From NCBI RefSeq assembly GCF_032191835.1, contig NC_083227.1, positions 113,150,001-113,214,000 of the forward strand: a stretch of DNA of 64,000 nucleotides, written 5' to 3'. The notes below the pieces were generated by a model that was not told where the DNA came from, made no database searches, and worked only from the letters and a program-made list of their open reading frames with translations. Positions 26,306 through 38,883 of the stretch are shown piece after piece. The number at the start of each line of letters is the position of its first letter. Positions within the stretch are counted from its first letter, which is position 1. Origin of the DNA: Heteronotia binoei (Eukaryota). The position numbers and the translations under genes are program-made.

Positions 26306-26720
26306 TGGCCAGGCCTGCCTGCTCTGCACGACCTGGAGGCGGAAGAAGAGCGTTCAATCGATCGCCGACCCTGCGAGGAGTCCTGGCAAGGAGTAGGGGC
26401 GCCCAGCCCGTTGTCCTCACCGCTTTGACACTGGCAGTTTCAACCGGGCGGGTTAGGGAAGAAACTGTCACTAGAAGAATAGCTGAGGCAGGGCGTGTGA
26501 CAGAAAGGGGATGCGTGTCAGGACTGGCTGTGTGAACAGGCTTCTCGGAGTCTGGAAGTGCCCAAGTTGAGAGGGGCAGAACCCCGGAGTCGTCTGCTTA
26601 CCACAAACAAAAGCCTGGGCTGGAAAGACACTGCCCTTCCGCGAAAACATCCCCTCCCGCTGCAATGGCATATTCCTTTATTGGTAGGTGTATGGACTGG
26701 ACTGAGCTATTCCGAGGAAA
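26100..26720 (-). promoter_or_regulatory. RMND5B: RMND5B CpG island promoter with probable short non-coding 5' exons
   Basis: CpG-rich. Minus-strand donors at 26601 (gtaagc) and 26420 (gtgagg); acceptors at 26471 (tattcttctag) and 26333 (ctcttcttccgcctccag); CCAAT (minus) near 26680. Exon use is inferred. Confidence 0.6.
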
Positions 26721-29464
26721 ACGGGGTGGAGAAGGGGGCATTGGGGGAAACTAACCTGAGAGTTGTGAAATGACAATCCCGGATAACAGACTGATGTTAT
26801 ATGCTGGCGTCCTCTTTCTCCTGATGCAGTCCTATATAGGTATAAAGTTCTCAAAAGACGGGGCAAACCATCCTCATTTAGATAGGGTGTGCCTGGAATG
26901 AACCATAAACTGGTAGCAGCTGGGTGGGACAAACCATGTAGCTGTGGTAAATTAGGGGGTGACGTGCCGAGCTGGGATGAACCATTTTGTAGCGAATCAG
27001 AGCTACTTCCGATTCGAGAACCCTGTGTGGAGCCGCAGTGGAGGTTCGGCAGTGAGATGAATCAAGTCTCAGTGCTTCCACTGGTGGTGCCCTGACACTC
27101 TTTGCTTAGCTCTTCTGAAGTACTTTTGTTAATTTTTCAACTTTAGGAATCATGGGACCCAAGAATCCTTTAATATTGTTCAGATTTGATCCCTAGGGGA
27201 CTTTTTCCATTTAACTTCTCTAGCCATGCATTCTAGAAGAGGCTGTCTTTGAAGATAGTCCAGAAACTTCAGCTGATCGAGAATGTGATATCCCTTCAAA
27301 AGGCAAACTATATTTAATAGATTAGGGCTCTGTGGATTTCTAACCAAATCTGAGATGGGGGATGTTGCCATTCCTTGATGCTTAGTTTTGAGCCAAAACG
27401 TAGATGCTGTCAGCAACCTAGATCCAAGTCATTTGAGGAAATGTCCTGCAGGTATAAGCACTGAGCTCTAAATGGGCCTGTGTTGTCTGTTTTCCTGCTG
27501 AGGAAGCTAAAGTTGTCAGACAGTAGAAATGCTGCTTTGATGGGTCAGTCAATGAAACCTGCATAAGTTTGGTTATTCCATCAAAGTTCAGTGCAGTTAC
27601 CTCTGGGAACAAGTTTACATGTAGAAATTAAAATACACTTAAAAAAAACCATTATTATGTCTACTGACCTCCAGCACAAGGAAGAGCAGATTCCCTATTA
27701 GCTTAGCTCTGAGAGTCTCTGTTGCTTTAGCAAATATTAATTACCTTGTATCCAACCAGGCAGGTTTTTAAAAGTGTCCTTAAGTTTTTTAAGAGAGTGC
27801 AGTGAAAACTTTTTTAAAATTTCTGCCAACCTTTTAAGCATTTCCTGCTGAATTATGTCGCATACTACCATGTCATTGTTTTTGTTTTAACTTTGTTTTA
27901 TACCACTTTTGGAATTGTATAGCTAAAAAGCAGGTCTCTAACAGAAATAATAAGAATCCAGCTTTGTTCCCAGACTACAGGGAAAAGCCCAGAATCCTAA
28001 ATTTGGCATGATCTAAGATTTTAGAACAAGCTTGTATATGTGAAGTCACAGATTTATGGCAACCCCAGCAAGGCGCTTTCAAGGGAAGTGAAAAGCAGAG
28101 GTAGTTTGCCGTTACCTTCTTCTGCAAAGCCTTCCTTAGTGATCTTCCTTCCAAGTGCTGACCATGCTTAGCTTCGAGAACTGACAAAATCTGGCTATAC
28201 CATGCTGTCTTCCCTCTGTAGAATCTTATAATTTTATTATTAACTGTTCCTGTGTTTGTGGCCTGCAGCACTGTCAGGTTACAGTGTGCTGTACTGGATG
28301 GTGGTAATTTTAGTGTACTCTATGCAAGCCCCAGGCTTTTGTCCTGTTACCTAAATGGTTAATTTCTTTTGGATATGGAAGAGGCAGCCAATTTTTTCCT
28401 TTCCACTCTCAAACTGCAAGAACCTCAAGGCAGAGACCTCTTTTTTGTAATATTATCCTGTATGCCATAACATACAGGATAACAGAATCTTGTGGTACTT
28501 TAAAGACTATTATTTCATAACCTTTCATGAGCTAGAGCTCGCTTCATCAGGTATATGACTGCATCCTCTGTTAGCAGATACACTCATCATACTGTCATAA
28601 ACAAATAATAGCTTCAGTTGTCTCAAGGAACACTCTTCATCACACTGAGGTCTGGGCCCTCAAAATGTGTTTTTTTTGTTTAACAGACTCCCTTATTAGT
28701 GGTCAAGGCCTAACAGTAATAAAGCTGGAAATACCTAACACTGAAGTCTTAATAATTCTTGAGTCCATTTGCTTGGGCTGCACAAGGTCAGCAAATCCAG
28801 GGAAAGAAACTAAGCTCAAAAGATTTCCTCAGCAGACAGATAGGTAATGGTCTTTGTTTAGTACAGACAATAGGAATATACTAAATTCAGATGAAACACT
28901 CAAGGCATCAGCTTGCTTTTCTGAATGGCTGTCAACTTGGGTAAGTTGCACAAAAGTTTTAAATAAGGCAAACATAGTATTCCAGTGTAGATCTTTTCAG
29001 TGTAATCTTTCCTTCCCAGTAAATATATGAATAAAATGTATTTCGCACCTTGACAGGAAGACCTGTAGCTTAGTTACACAACCCTCGCTTTGTATGCATA
29101 AGGCGTCAGGTTTGGTGCTTTGTAGTCAAAGTAATCACTGCTGGACTGTCCCCCATGCCCTCCTAGTTATCCCTAGGGAGATTAAAATGATGGTTCATGG
29201 CTTCTTTTGGCCTGTTGATTGTTTATTGGAACATGTATACCCCTTGGAGATGTCAGATGGATTGAACTGGGTCCTGCATTAAGCAAAACAGATGCTTTAC
29301 TACTGAGCCACAACCCAGCCCAAGTATAGACACTCTCATCTGCCTTCGTCATGTAAGGCAGGTTTATGCAAGGGAAGCTTCTGCTGATTTTTATGTTGCT
29401 GACTGACTGCTTTTGGTGGTTTTTTATTGCATGCATTTATACAGTATACATTGTGGTTTATGTT

Positions 29465-29581
29465 CAGTAGCACCTTTAAGACCAACAAAGTTTTATTCAA
29501 GGTATGAGCTTTTGTGAAGTGTGCATGCACATGAAAGCTCATACCCTGAATAAAACTTTGTTAGCCTTAAAGGTGCCACTG
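29465..29581. repeat. Palindromic Penelope-like terminal remnant, arms ~48 bp
   Basis: cagtagcacctttaagaccaacaaagttttattcaaggtatgagcttt versus its near-perfect reverse complement. Family assignment is from recalled squamate repeats. Confidence 0.6.
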
Positions 29582-30305
29582 GACTCAGACCTTGTTCTGC
29601 TTCTTCAGACCAACATGGCTACCCACCTGGGTCTATTATGGTTTATGTTAGTTATAGAGTTGGAAATGACTGGTGCTTTACCTTTTTTATCTTTTAGTGC
29701 AAGCAAACTTGTGGAGGCAAGCAGTATAAATAAATACATTAATCAGTGATCTGGTTGAGCAACTTTATGGTCATAATGGCCAGTCCATCTCTGGCATTGT
29801 ACATTTATATTAATATTTGGTTGGACTCCGGGGTCATTTTATAGATAAAGAGGTGCCGGAACTCATTAGCACAACTTATTTGCATAACTAATTTTCATAT
29901 GTCACACACCCCTGAATGTGTACTCAATTATATCAACTCAGCATCTACTAAAATGCTTTTTGAATTAGAATTGTCATAATAAAACCTTACTCTCATCATA
30001 CTTTTAAAATTACTTTCTCCTATGTGGCCACAGGGGCATGATGAAGATTCCCATTTATGAGCTTTATATGTTCTTTCCCCATTTTTTGTGGAGGGAAATA
30101 TTAGAAAATTTTATCAAATCTTACGAGTTCAGCAGAATTCTCACATAGGGTTTGAATAATAGAGCTCAGAAGCAAGTATTTGGGGGGGGGGGAGAGAAAG
30201 AAAGAGCACAATAAAATGTAGATGTTCCGGAGCTCCGCTCCTGTGAGCTCCTCCCCAAAATGAGACTTGGTTGGACTGCTTGGGGGGGGGGGCAGTCAAA
30301 ATAAC

Positions 30306-30723
30306 TTTGGCCTATGAGCCAGCATGGCTTTCTCAAGAACAAGTCATGTCAGACTAACCTGATCTCTTTTTTTGAGAAAGTGACTACCTTGCTGGATCAG
30401 GGGAATGCTGTAGACATCGTTTATCTTGATTTCAGTAAGGCTTTTGATAAAGTTCCACATACTATTCTTGTTGACAAGTTGGTAAAATGTGGTTTGGATC
30501 CTGTTACCGTTAGGTGGATCTGTAACTGGTTGAAAGATCGCATCCAAAGAGTGCTTGTGAATGGTTCCTCATCCTCTTGGAGAGGAGTGACAAGTGGAGT
30601 GCCTCAAGGATCTGTCCTGGGACCTGTTTTGTTCAACATCTTTATCAATTATTTGGATGAAGGAATAGAGGGAATGCTTATTAAATTTGCCGATGATACT
30701 AAATTGGGAGGGGTTGCAAACAC
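30306..30723 (+). mobile_element. CR1 LINE RT fragment (host of nested insertions)
   Basis: [19 protein letters not shown]...[11 protein letters not shown]...[19 protein letters not shown]...[10 protein letters not shown]. Confidence 0.92.
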
Positions 30724-31600
30724 ATTATTAAGCTGTGCCTTGCCAGAGGCTGAGCACATTTCAGAGAGCTCTGAGAGAGAGCAGAGAAGAAGTGCTACAA
30801 GGGTGAGGTTTGGCTTTCTAAGCAGCTAGGGAAGTTGCTGAGAATTTCTGAGTTTGTGTGACGGTGTGATTGCTGAAAATTCTGAGTTTGTGGTTGCTGG
30901 GGAACTGCTGTTTGTTTGGTTTGAATGGGCTGAAGGTGATTGTTGCTGATCGATTAGGAGTGGCTGTGTTTCCCACCCTCTTTGCATTATTAAGCTGCGC
31001 CCTGCCAGAGGCACGAGCTGAAGGGCAAGAGCTAAAGGGCTCTTGGCCAGTGGCGCTTAGCCTGGGGGCTCTGTAAGGACCAGGAACCCAGATTCCTTGT
31101 GTTCCCAATAAGGTAAGCAGACCCTCCAGAAGGAGAGCCACATAAACAAACAGGATTTAAAAGGGAACTGTATATTTTTGAAAAAAGCTATCATGAAGGT
31201 AGAATGCCAGCAAGGGGGTGCGGGCTTTCCAGTGTTTTGCACTGTCACATGTATGACTATCTGCCCACAGGACAGAAGTCTTGGGTGTGTGCTCGATGCA
31301 AGGAGCTCCTGGTCCTCAGGGAACAAGTTCGTACCCTTGAGGCCAAGGTGACTGACCTGGAGAAGCAGAGACAGTCAGTTAGGCACTCGGGGAAGACTCT
31401 CGGGGACGTATTAGATGAGCCCTACTCTGAACGTGGCAGCCCCATTGCTGCCAGGGAGCATGAGGGCTGACAGGGAACAGGGCACCGGGCTGGGGATAAG
31501 GGGAATGTGCCCGCAGTAGGGACCTCTTCTTCATTTGGTGAGCGGGTATCTTTTCACGCCAAGGAACCATCCCTGGGCAGGGAGAGAGGGGGGTCTGGGT
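30724..31600 (+). mobile_element. 5' end of a CR1-type LINE: repeated 5'UTR plus ORF1 zinc-finger/leucine-zipper start
   Basis: Direct repeat cattattaagctgYgccYtgccagaggc at ~30723 and ~30985; peptide LHCHMYDYL...VCARCKELLVLREQVRTLEAKV (31204-31470). Confidence 0.65.
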
Positions 31601-32049
31601 AGTTGGTGATTTGATCCTTAGTCATGAGTCAACAGTGCAATGTGGTGGGACTTCCGGGGGAGGAAAATGTTGAGCTGAGCTGCTTCTCATAACGGGAGCA
31701 GGCTGGAACTTCTGTTCGGGGTAGTGGAAGGCAAATTAATGCCTACTGCCTACTTTTCTCAGTCAGAGATTAGTCCAAGATATGCACAGGAAACTTTGAG
31801 ATTTACCTTGGCTAAAAGAGAGTCCCGGGGGGGGGGGGGCTCCTTTGAGGCTTTGAGGGGTCTCCGGGAAGAGTTGCATTTTCATAATCTGCAGAAGTTT
31901 TCAGAGTCATTTATTTGACATAAGCTCAACAGGATCTTAACCTTCTTGGACGCTGTTAAACATCTAAAGCCAGACAAGACCGGTGAAAACTTGGATAATT
32001 GGAAGAGAAGGTACAGATGATTATCTTTCATTCCGGGACTATTTACAGT

Positions 32050-32645
32050 TTATCAAAGATTTCAGGTTTTCACGGCTGGTAACATCATTAGGGTTTGTAG
32101 AATCTTTCGGGATCAAGTGCCATGTTCTACTGGAGAAAGTTTTCCTTCCAGACGTTTCGTTCTCAGCTGCGGAGAACATCCTCAGTGGCGTTGCAGCCGG
32201 AGCAGGCGCTCAGACCTTCTTGGCTGCTGTGCATTGAGTGGGGCCAGGGCTGCTGGAGAGCTGCTATTTGTAGGCTGGAGGGGGTGTGATGAAAGGGCAA
32301 TTGGTTTGTGGATGTGCCCATTGTTTGGTGGGGCTTCCTGGAAGGGTAGTGATAAGGAAACTGGCTGTTGAATGTGACCATTGTTCTGTGTTAATTGCTG
32401 GGAAGGTTGGAAGGGGTTTGAAGATAAGGAAGATGGTTGTTGACTGTGCTGATTGTTCTGTGGAATTTGCTGGTTGTTCTGAGACTTTCTGCAATTTATA
32501 GTCTGTAGGGTGTTTTGCAGAGCTGGGTACCAAGATTGGTGGATTAAAATGCCTTCTTCCTTTCTGTTAAAATTGTGCTGGTGTTTGTAAATCTGAACTG
32601 CTGAAGAGTTGCTGAAGAGTTTGTAAATCTGAACTGCTGAAGAGT
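32050..32645. mobile_element. Penelope-like element fragment
   Basis: Terminal segment (caaagatttcaggttttcacggctgg...gacgtttcgttctcagctgcggagaacatcctcagtgg) nearly identical to 48506-48695. Confidence 0.55.
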
Positions 32646-32646
32646 T

Positions 32647-33500
32647 GAATAATAAATATGATTGGTTTCAAATGCAACAAATAAAGAGCTTGGTGGAAAA
32701 TGACATTAAAACTGAAGGAATAAGAAAAGAGCAAACAGAAATGGAAGTATATAAATTACTTCTACAATGGTCTACAGAAGACGAAGTAGTGAAATCTCAA
32801 ATGATCAAATGGGCAATTAATGTAAATAAGGAAATACAGATGGAAACTTGGGAGCATTTGTGGAAGAACTCAAATGAAACTCTCAACATGTCAGAGTATT
32901 AAAGAAAATTGTTTTAAGATGATGTACAGATGGTATATTACTCCTAAAAAGATTCATCTTGGCAAAGATGAATAATAAGATGCCAGATAGATGCTGGAAA
33001 TCTGGATGCTGGAATAAAAAGCATGAAGGTTCTTTCTACCATATGTGGTGGACTTGTGAAAGAGCAAAAATGTTTTGGCAGATGATTCAACAAGAGATTA
33101 CCAAGATTTTGGGACATGAATTTAACAAAGTTGCAGAGACTTTTCTGTTGGGATTACAAATGGAAAAATTCCCAAAAGAAGATAGGACTTTAATCTGGTA
33201 CTTGCTCTCAGCTGCTAGGACATTGTATGCGCAGTTGTGGAAGCAAGAAAAAACACCAGAGACACATTGGACAATTTTTGGTAATGATTAAGTTTTAGAA
33301 GGAAGAAGAACGTAATCTTTGTTTTTATTAGTTAAGGGTACCTTATAATATTAGTATGATAAGTAATAACACCGACAGGGGTCAAGTAACGGGGGGAGGG
33401 GTGATTAGAAAGTAATATATGGGATAGATAAGAAGATGTTATTAATGATGCAGAAATAAGATATTGTCACCATATGTTACTAAATAAAAATTTGTTTAAC
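32647..33500 (+). mobile_element. L1-clade LINE 3' fragment; a possible matching 5' end lies at ~31640-32045
   Basis: WYITPKK...MPDRCWK...EGSFYHMWWTCERAKMFW and an AT-rich 3'UTR. 31645 onward begins gacttccgggg, like an L1 5'UTR (inference). Confidence 0.7.
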
Positions 33501-33504
33501 AAAT

Positions 33505-34018
33505 AACTGCGATGTGGTGGCTAAAAAAGCAAATGCAATTTTGAGCTGTATCAAAAGAAGTATAGTGTCCAGATCACGTGATGTGATGGTATCGCTTTAC
33601 TCTGCTCTGGTAAGACCTCACCTGGAGTATTGTGTTGTTTTGGACATCACATTTTATGAAGGATATAGACAAGCTGGAACGGGTTCAGAGGAGGGCGACA
33701 AAGATGGTGAGGGGTCTGGAGACCAAGTCCTATAAGGAAAGGTTGAAGGAGCTGGGGATGATTAGCCTGGAGAGGAGGCGACTGAGAGGTGATATGATCA
33801 CCATCTTCAAGTATTTGAAGGGCTGTCATATAGAGGATGCTGTGGAATTGTTTTCTGTGGCTCCAGAAGGTAGGACCAGAACCAATGGGTTGAAATTAAA
33901 TCAAAAGAGTTTCCAGCTCAACATTAGGAAGAACTTCCTGACAGAGCAATTCCCCAGGGAGGTGGTGGACTCTCCTTCCTTGGAGGTTTTTAAACAGAGG
34001 CTAGATGGCCATCTGACA
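33505..34018 (+). mobile_element. CR1 LINE C-terminal fragment
   Basis: [12 protein letters not shown]...RPHLEYCV; LERRRLRGDMITIFKYLKGCHIEDAVELFSVAPEGRTRTNG. Confidence 0.9.
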
Positions 34019-34020
34019 TT

Positions 34021-34804
34021 GGGGCCAAGAATCCCAGCTACAAATACAAGTTGATGGGGTGTGAACTGGCAGAGACTGACCAAGAGAGAGATCTTGGGGT
34101 CATGGTAGATAACTCACTGAAAATGTCAAGACAGTGTGCGTTTGCAATAAAAAAGGCCAACGCCATGCTGGGAATTATTCGGAAGGGAATTGAAAACAAA
34201 TCAGCCAGTATCATAATGCCCCTGTATAAATCGATGGTGCGGTCTCATTTGGAGTACTGTGTGCAGTTCTGGTCGCCGCACCTCAAAAAGGATATTATAG
34301 CATTGGAGAAAGTCCAGAAAAGGGCAACTAGAATGATTAAGGGGCTGGAACACTTTCCCTATGAAGAAAGGTTGAAACACTTGGGACTCTTTAGCTTGGA
34401 GAAACGTCGACTGCGGGGTGACATGATAGAGGTTTACAAGACAATGTATGGGATGGAGAAAGTAGAGAAAGAAGTACTTTTCTCCCTTTCTCACAATACA
34501 AGAACTCGTGGGCATTCGATGAAATTGCTGAGCAGCCAGGTTAAAACGGATAAAAGGAAGCACTTCTTCACCCAAAGGGTGATTAACATGTGGAATTCAC
34601 TGCCACAGGAGGTGGTGGCAGCCACAAGCATAGCCACCTTCAAGAGGGGTTTAGATAAAAATATGGAGCACAGGTCCCTCAGTGGCTACTAGCCACAGTG
34701 TGAGTGTATATATAATTTTTTTTGCCACTGTGTGACACAGAGTGTTGGACTGGATGGGCCATTGGCCTGATCCAACATGGCTTCTCTTACGTTCTTATGT
34801 TCTT
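34021..34804 (+). mobile_element. Second CR1 subfamily, young 5'-truncated copy with an open 213-aa ORF2 end and (ttcttatg)n tail
   Basis: ORF 34051-34692 (RSHLEYCVQFWSPHLKKDI...WNSLPQEVV); tail ctcttacgttcttatgttctt. Confidence 0.92.
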
Positions 34805-35043
34805 AAGAGTTTCCGGCTCAACATTAGGAAGAACTTCCTGACAGTTAGAGCGATTCCTCAGTGGAACAGGCTTTCTTGGGAGGTGGTGGGTTCTCCTTCC
34901 TTGGAGGTTTTTAAACAGAGGCTAGATGGCCATCTAACAGCAATGAAGATCCTGTGAATTTAGGGGGAAGTGTAAGTTTCCTGCATTGTGCAGGGGGTTG
35001 GACTAAATGACCCTAGAGGTCCCTTCCAACTCTATGATTCTAT
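34805..35043 (+). mobile_element. CR1 3' end with tail
   Basis: FRLNIRKNFLTVRAIPQWNRL...; ends ccttccaactctatgattctatg. Confidence 0.88.
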
Positions 35044-37934
35044 GCACAGTTGGGCATATAGGGAGAGGAACTTTATGCAAAAACTCCTGGTTGTTTTCCT
35101 TGCACTAAAGATTTAGGTGAATCAACAGCCAATCTGCCTCTTGGACAGAGACCAAACTGATGAAAGCACAGGAGACAGCTTGTGGCAAGCATGGCTTGGC
35201 TTGGGACAAAAAAAATCAATGTCCCAAGTATTTGCTGTTTATAAGATGAAAAGCGGGGTGCTGATTGATGTATTCCTAATAGATCTGGAAAATGAAGCAA
35301 GCATCCTGATAATCAGGAAGAATTCTAATGGCAAGATAGACCAAAAAAAGAAATGCTGGATACATAATGCCTGAGGGAAATGGCCTGAAATTGGGTAAGA
35401 CACATAACGTGGAAGCCAGAGTGACATGCCTGTCTGCATGGTAGGAGAGGCTGTGGAGACCAGGTTTCTGGGCTTGAGGCCAAAAAGGAAAAACTGCTGT
35501 TGGCAGAAAAGCCCAAGATGGCTGTAGGGGCCCAGAGTGCCTGAGTTCTCCAAGAGTTTTTGGATCACAGCCTTGTAGTGCCATAGCCTTGCTCATATCA
35601 GTGGCACCTGCCAGGGTTCCAGCTGCTTACAGGGAATGAATCAGTCTCCTGGAATTAAGGAAACTGGTTTGTCTGGCAGCCCTAAGAGGTGGACACTCCC
35701 GCTTCTTCTTGCGACGCCTCGACTCTTCCCTATGGCATCTGAGCCAGCAACTTGGTTTCTGGCTCTGCTGCCAAGTTTTGGTGCCGCCCTCTCTTGGGTT
35801 GTTCTTCACCTCCCCACAATTCTAATTGATGGGTGGAAACCTGCTGCAGGGTTTCTGGAGTGAGGCGCCAACAGAGTCCTGGACTGGCGTGGGCACAATT
35901 AAACAATTTCAACAGCTAGCTGTCCCACAGGAAAAACGAGCCCAGCCTTAGCAGTTTCCTAGAACCAAGGGAGTCAAATCCAGCTAAACTGCTAGGAAGC
36001 ACATCCCCTTTCCTGGTGTTGTGTTGTTATTGCAGTCCCTTTCCATCATTCATTAAGCTGGCCAGGCCCATGGCTTTTAGTGGGTGGCTTGGACACTGGC
36101 CATGTATATATCATAGCTGTTCAATAATGGCATTAGATTTCTAGAGGTGATGGGGAGGTGATAGTGAAGTTCAGCCAACTTATCATATGAATAAATTATC
36201 AAATGCTTAGATGCTCCAGCTCCACTATAATTTAGAGAGGATTTTGCAGGGAAGGGCCTACAAACCCTGTATGTTACATAGGATTGTATCCTTCCATACC
36301 CAGCAAATCTCCCTTACTCCAATAAAATGCATAAGATCAGCTATCAGATAGTCTTGTTTTCCGATCTAGAAAACTGTTTGCTGCAGACAGTGACACTACC
36401 ATGGTTAACCTTCAAGCATGGTACTGATGGCAACAAATAAACCAGGCCAGCTATTGCTACAGGGATCATGGAGAAAAAGCTAGTGCTACAGATAAGTGCC
36501 ATAGAACCTGTACATACCTGAAGAATTGTTAGGGATAAGAAATGATCACAGCAAGGTGACAAAATTTATTTAAGAGGGCTCTCCAGGATTAATATGCTAT
36601 ATTGGGTGGTGGCAGTCCAAAGGCAAAATGCTTTAAGGGAGTTGATAATATCTTTGCACTGGGGACTTAAGAAAACAGGTCTTTGGCTTCACTCCCTTAG
36701 TTACTTGAACAACATTCTCTTCTGGAGTGAATAAGAATGGTAGTATCATACTCTTACAGGAAGCTCTATCAACTTATTGCTCAGTGTGTGTATAATGTAC
36801 CATCAAGCTGCAGCTGATTTATGGCAATCCCAGCAAGAAGTTTCCAAGCCAAGTCATTGCCTTCCTCTGCAGTCTTTCTTGGTGGTCTCCCTTCCAAGTA
36901 CTAATCATGGTTAGATTCTGAGAACTGACATTATCAGGCTATCACTGCCTTTCTTAAATTTATTTATTTCACAAGCATTATATTTTTCTATATCGTTATT
37001 TATACAGCTCGCACCTTGATCTTGCATGCCAAGATAGGTGTGCCTAATTGGGATCAGGATGGTAGTTCAACCTCACATTGCCCTTACCAGCAAGAACTTT
37101 TCTAAAACTGGGAAAGAAGCTGCAGATGGTAGCGAAGAAGATGACTCTGCTAGCTGGCTAGCAGCAGCTGAGTAAAATCTGTCTGAACTTGTTTCTCCTT
37201 TGAACACAGGTACTAAATATTTATATCCTACTTTTCTCCCCCATGGGGTTATAGCAACTTACATCAATTCACCTCTCTTCCATTTTATCCTCACAACAGC
37301 CTTCTGAGATATGTTAGGCTGAGGGAGAGTGACTGGCCCAAGAACACCCAGCAAGCCTCTGTGGCAAAGTGAGGATTTGAACTTGAGTCTCCCAGATCCT
37401 AGTCTAACCACCACATCACATTGACCTGTGCATGCCCATGGAAGCCAGAAGGCTCTCAGCTTGAGGTTCTTACCTTAGATCTGCAAGAGCCACTAGTAGG
37501 AGAAAGATTTGCTTTGCATTCCAAAGGCTCCCCCCTCCTCGTTTGTTTTATTCTCTCTCTCTTTTGTATAGTAAACCACTTTGGGGGCCCTTTTTGGCGA
37601 AAAACAGGATATAAATAAATAACTTCCCCCATCTCAGAGCACTGCCACTATAGGATCCTATAGTCACTTTCCTTGTTTGGTTTAAAGATAGATGCATCCT
37701 AAAATCTCCCTTTCAACACTACCACCAGGCACAGAGCATTCTATCTTCTTGTTATATGCACAACCTCACATCTGGCTGATTGGCTTGTGCAAAATTGTAA
37801 GAACAGATTGCAGAGCAACTTTAGCTTGTATGTAATTTTTGTGAACATCCGTTAGGGTGTGAATGTGATGGCTTACAGTGCCAGGAGCAGACAGAGAAAG
37901 CAACAGCCATAGAAGCAGAAGTGTCAGACAGATT

Positions 37935-37940
37935 TTTATT
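37935..37940 (-). terminator. Candidate polyadenylation signal (AATAAA) of N4BP3
   Basis: AATAAA on minus ~950 nt downstream of the stop, after a repeat-free, UG-rich 3'UTR-like stretch. Confidence 0.45.
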
Positions 37941-38883
37941 CCAGGAGTTGCTAGGAAGAGCTTCTACTTTATGGCTCATAACTCTGGCTAGAACCTTCAA
38001 ATCTGGAACTGGGACACAGACAGAAGGTGTCCACAGCCCCTATACTCATTCTCTCATTACCATGGAGAAACCAGCCCAACCACTCATGGCATCGTCCCAT
38101 GGCCTTTGGGGTGGCTGAGCCCAAGAGTCTGGCCTTTCTGGAGTTTTTTTTGTAAAGTCTTATACTTGAGTTTCTCACATGTTCTGGAGACAAACACACA
38201 AAGATCTTCTCAGTCATTTACAATACAAGGCACACACAATCGGGTCACATTTGGAGCTCTAAAACTAGGCATAGTATGAAGACAAGCTAGATGAACAGAA
38301 AACAAAATTGTACAAGCTAGAGCTTATGCCAAGGTGGGTTCACTGTTAATTTTTCCTTCTTTGTACAACAGGTCAACTGTCAAGCTATGAAAGGACAGGG
38401 TGGTACAACCCCATACACATCCCTCATTGGTTTTCCCCAGCAAGTGTTATCGACGGTAGCCACAGCCATCAACAGTCATGACCATGCACATTCCTCAGTA
38501 ACAAATATTCCATCCTGAAAGGTAGTGCCAATGTATGCACAAGAGAGGACACAGCAGGAAAGCATCCTGCGCTCCAAGACAGAAGACAACAGCCTATGTA
38601 GAAGAGCTAAGAGTACCAGATGTGATGCTGGGACTTTATGCCATGTATGGCAACAGTTTGCAAAATCCAAAATGCTAACGGTTACAGAAATGAAGGCCAG
38701 TGCCTATGTGTGTTTTGTGTGTGTAAAGTATCGTCAAGCTGCAGCTGACTTATGGCTACCCCATAGGTTACATCAGCCTCTTAGTTTAACAATTCCTGTA
38801 CCAGAGCTCTATGGGCACATGATGCACTGCGGCCTCTCTGACCTTGCACATTCCCTGCACAGGGCCTCTACCATATAGTCTGT

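Noticed and set aside
26043-26471. 142-aa and 127-aa ORFs at the RMND5B start
   Set aside because: Alternative frames or antisense in a GC-rich island overlapping the real exon.
30314-30829. 171-aa reverse transcriptase ORF as a retron or other RT system
   Set aside because: Typical CR1 LINE RT fragment in a vertebrate intergenic region, truncated by another insertion.
34051-34692. 213-aa ORF (and 209-aa ORF at 51166-51795) as host genes
   Set aside because: Both are the C-terminal end of CR1 ORF2 and are followed by CR1 tails.
35600-35900. CpG-containing stretch with short ORFs (RRRKKKR) as a hidden gene
   Set aside because: Begins with a hAT TIR remnant (tggcagcccta); no splice structure or homology recognised.
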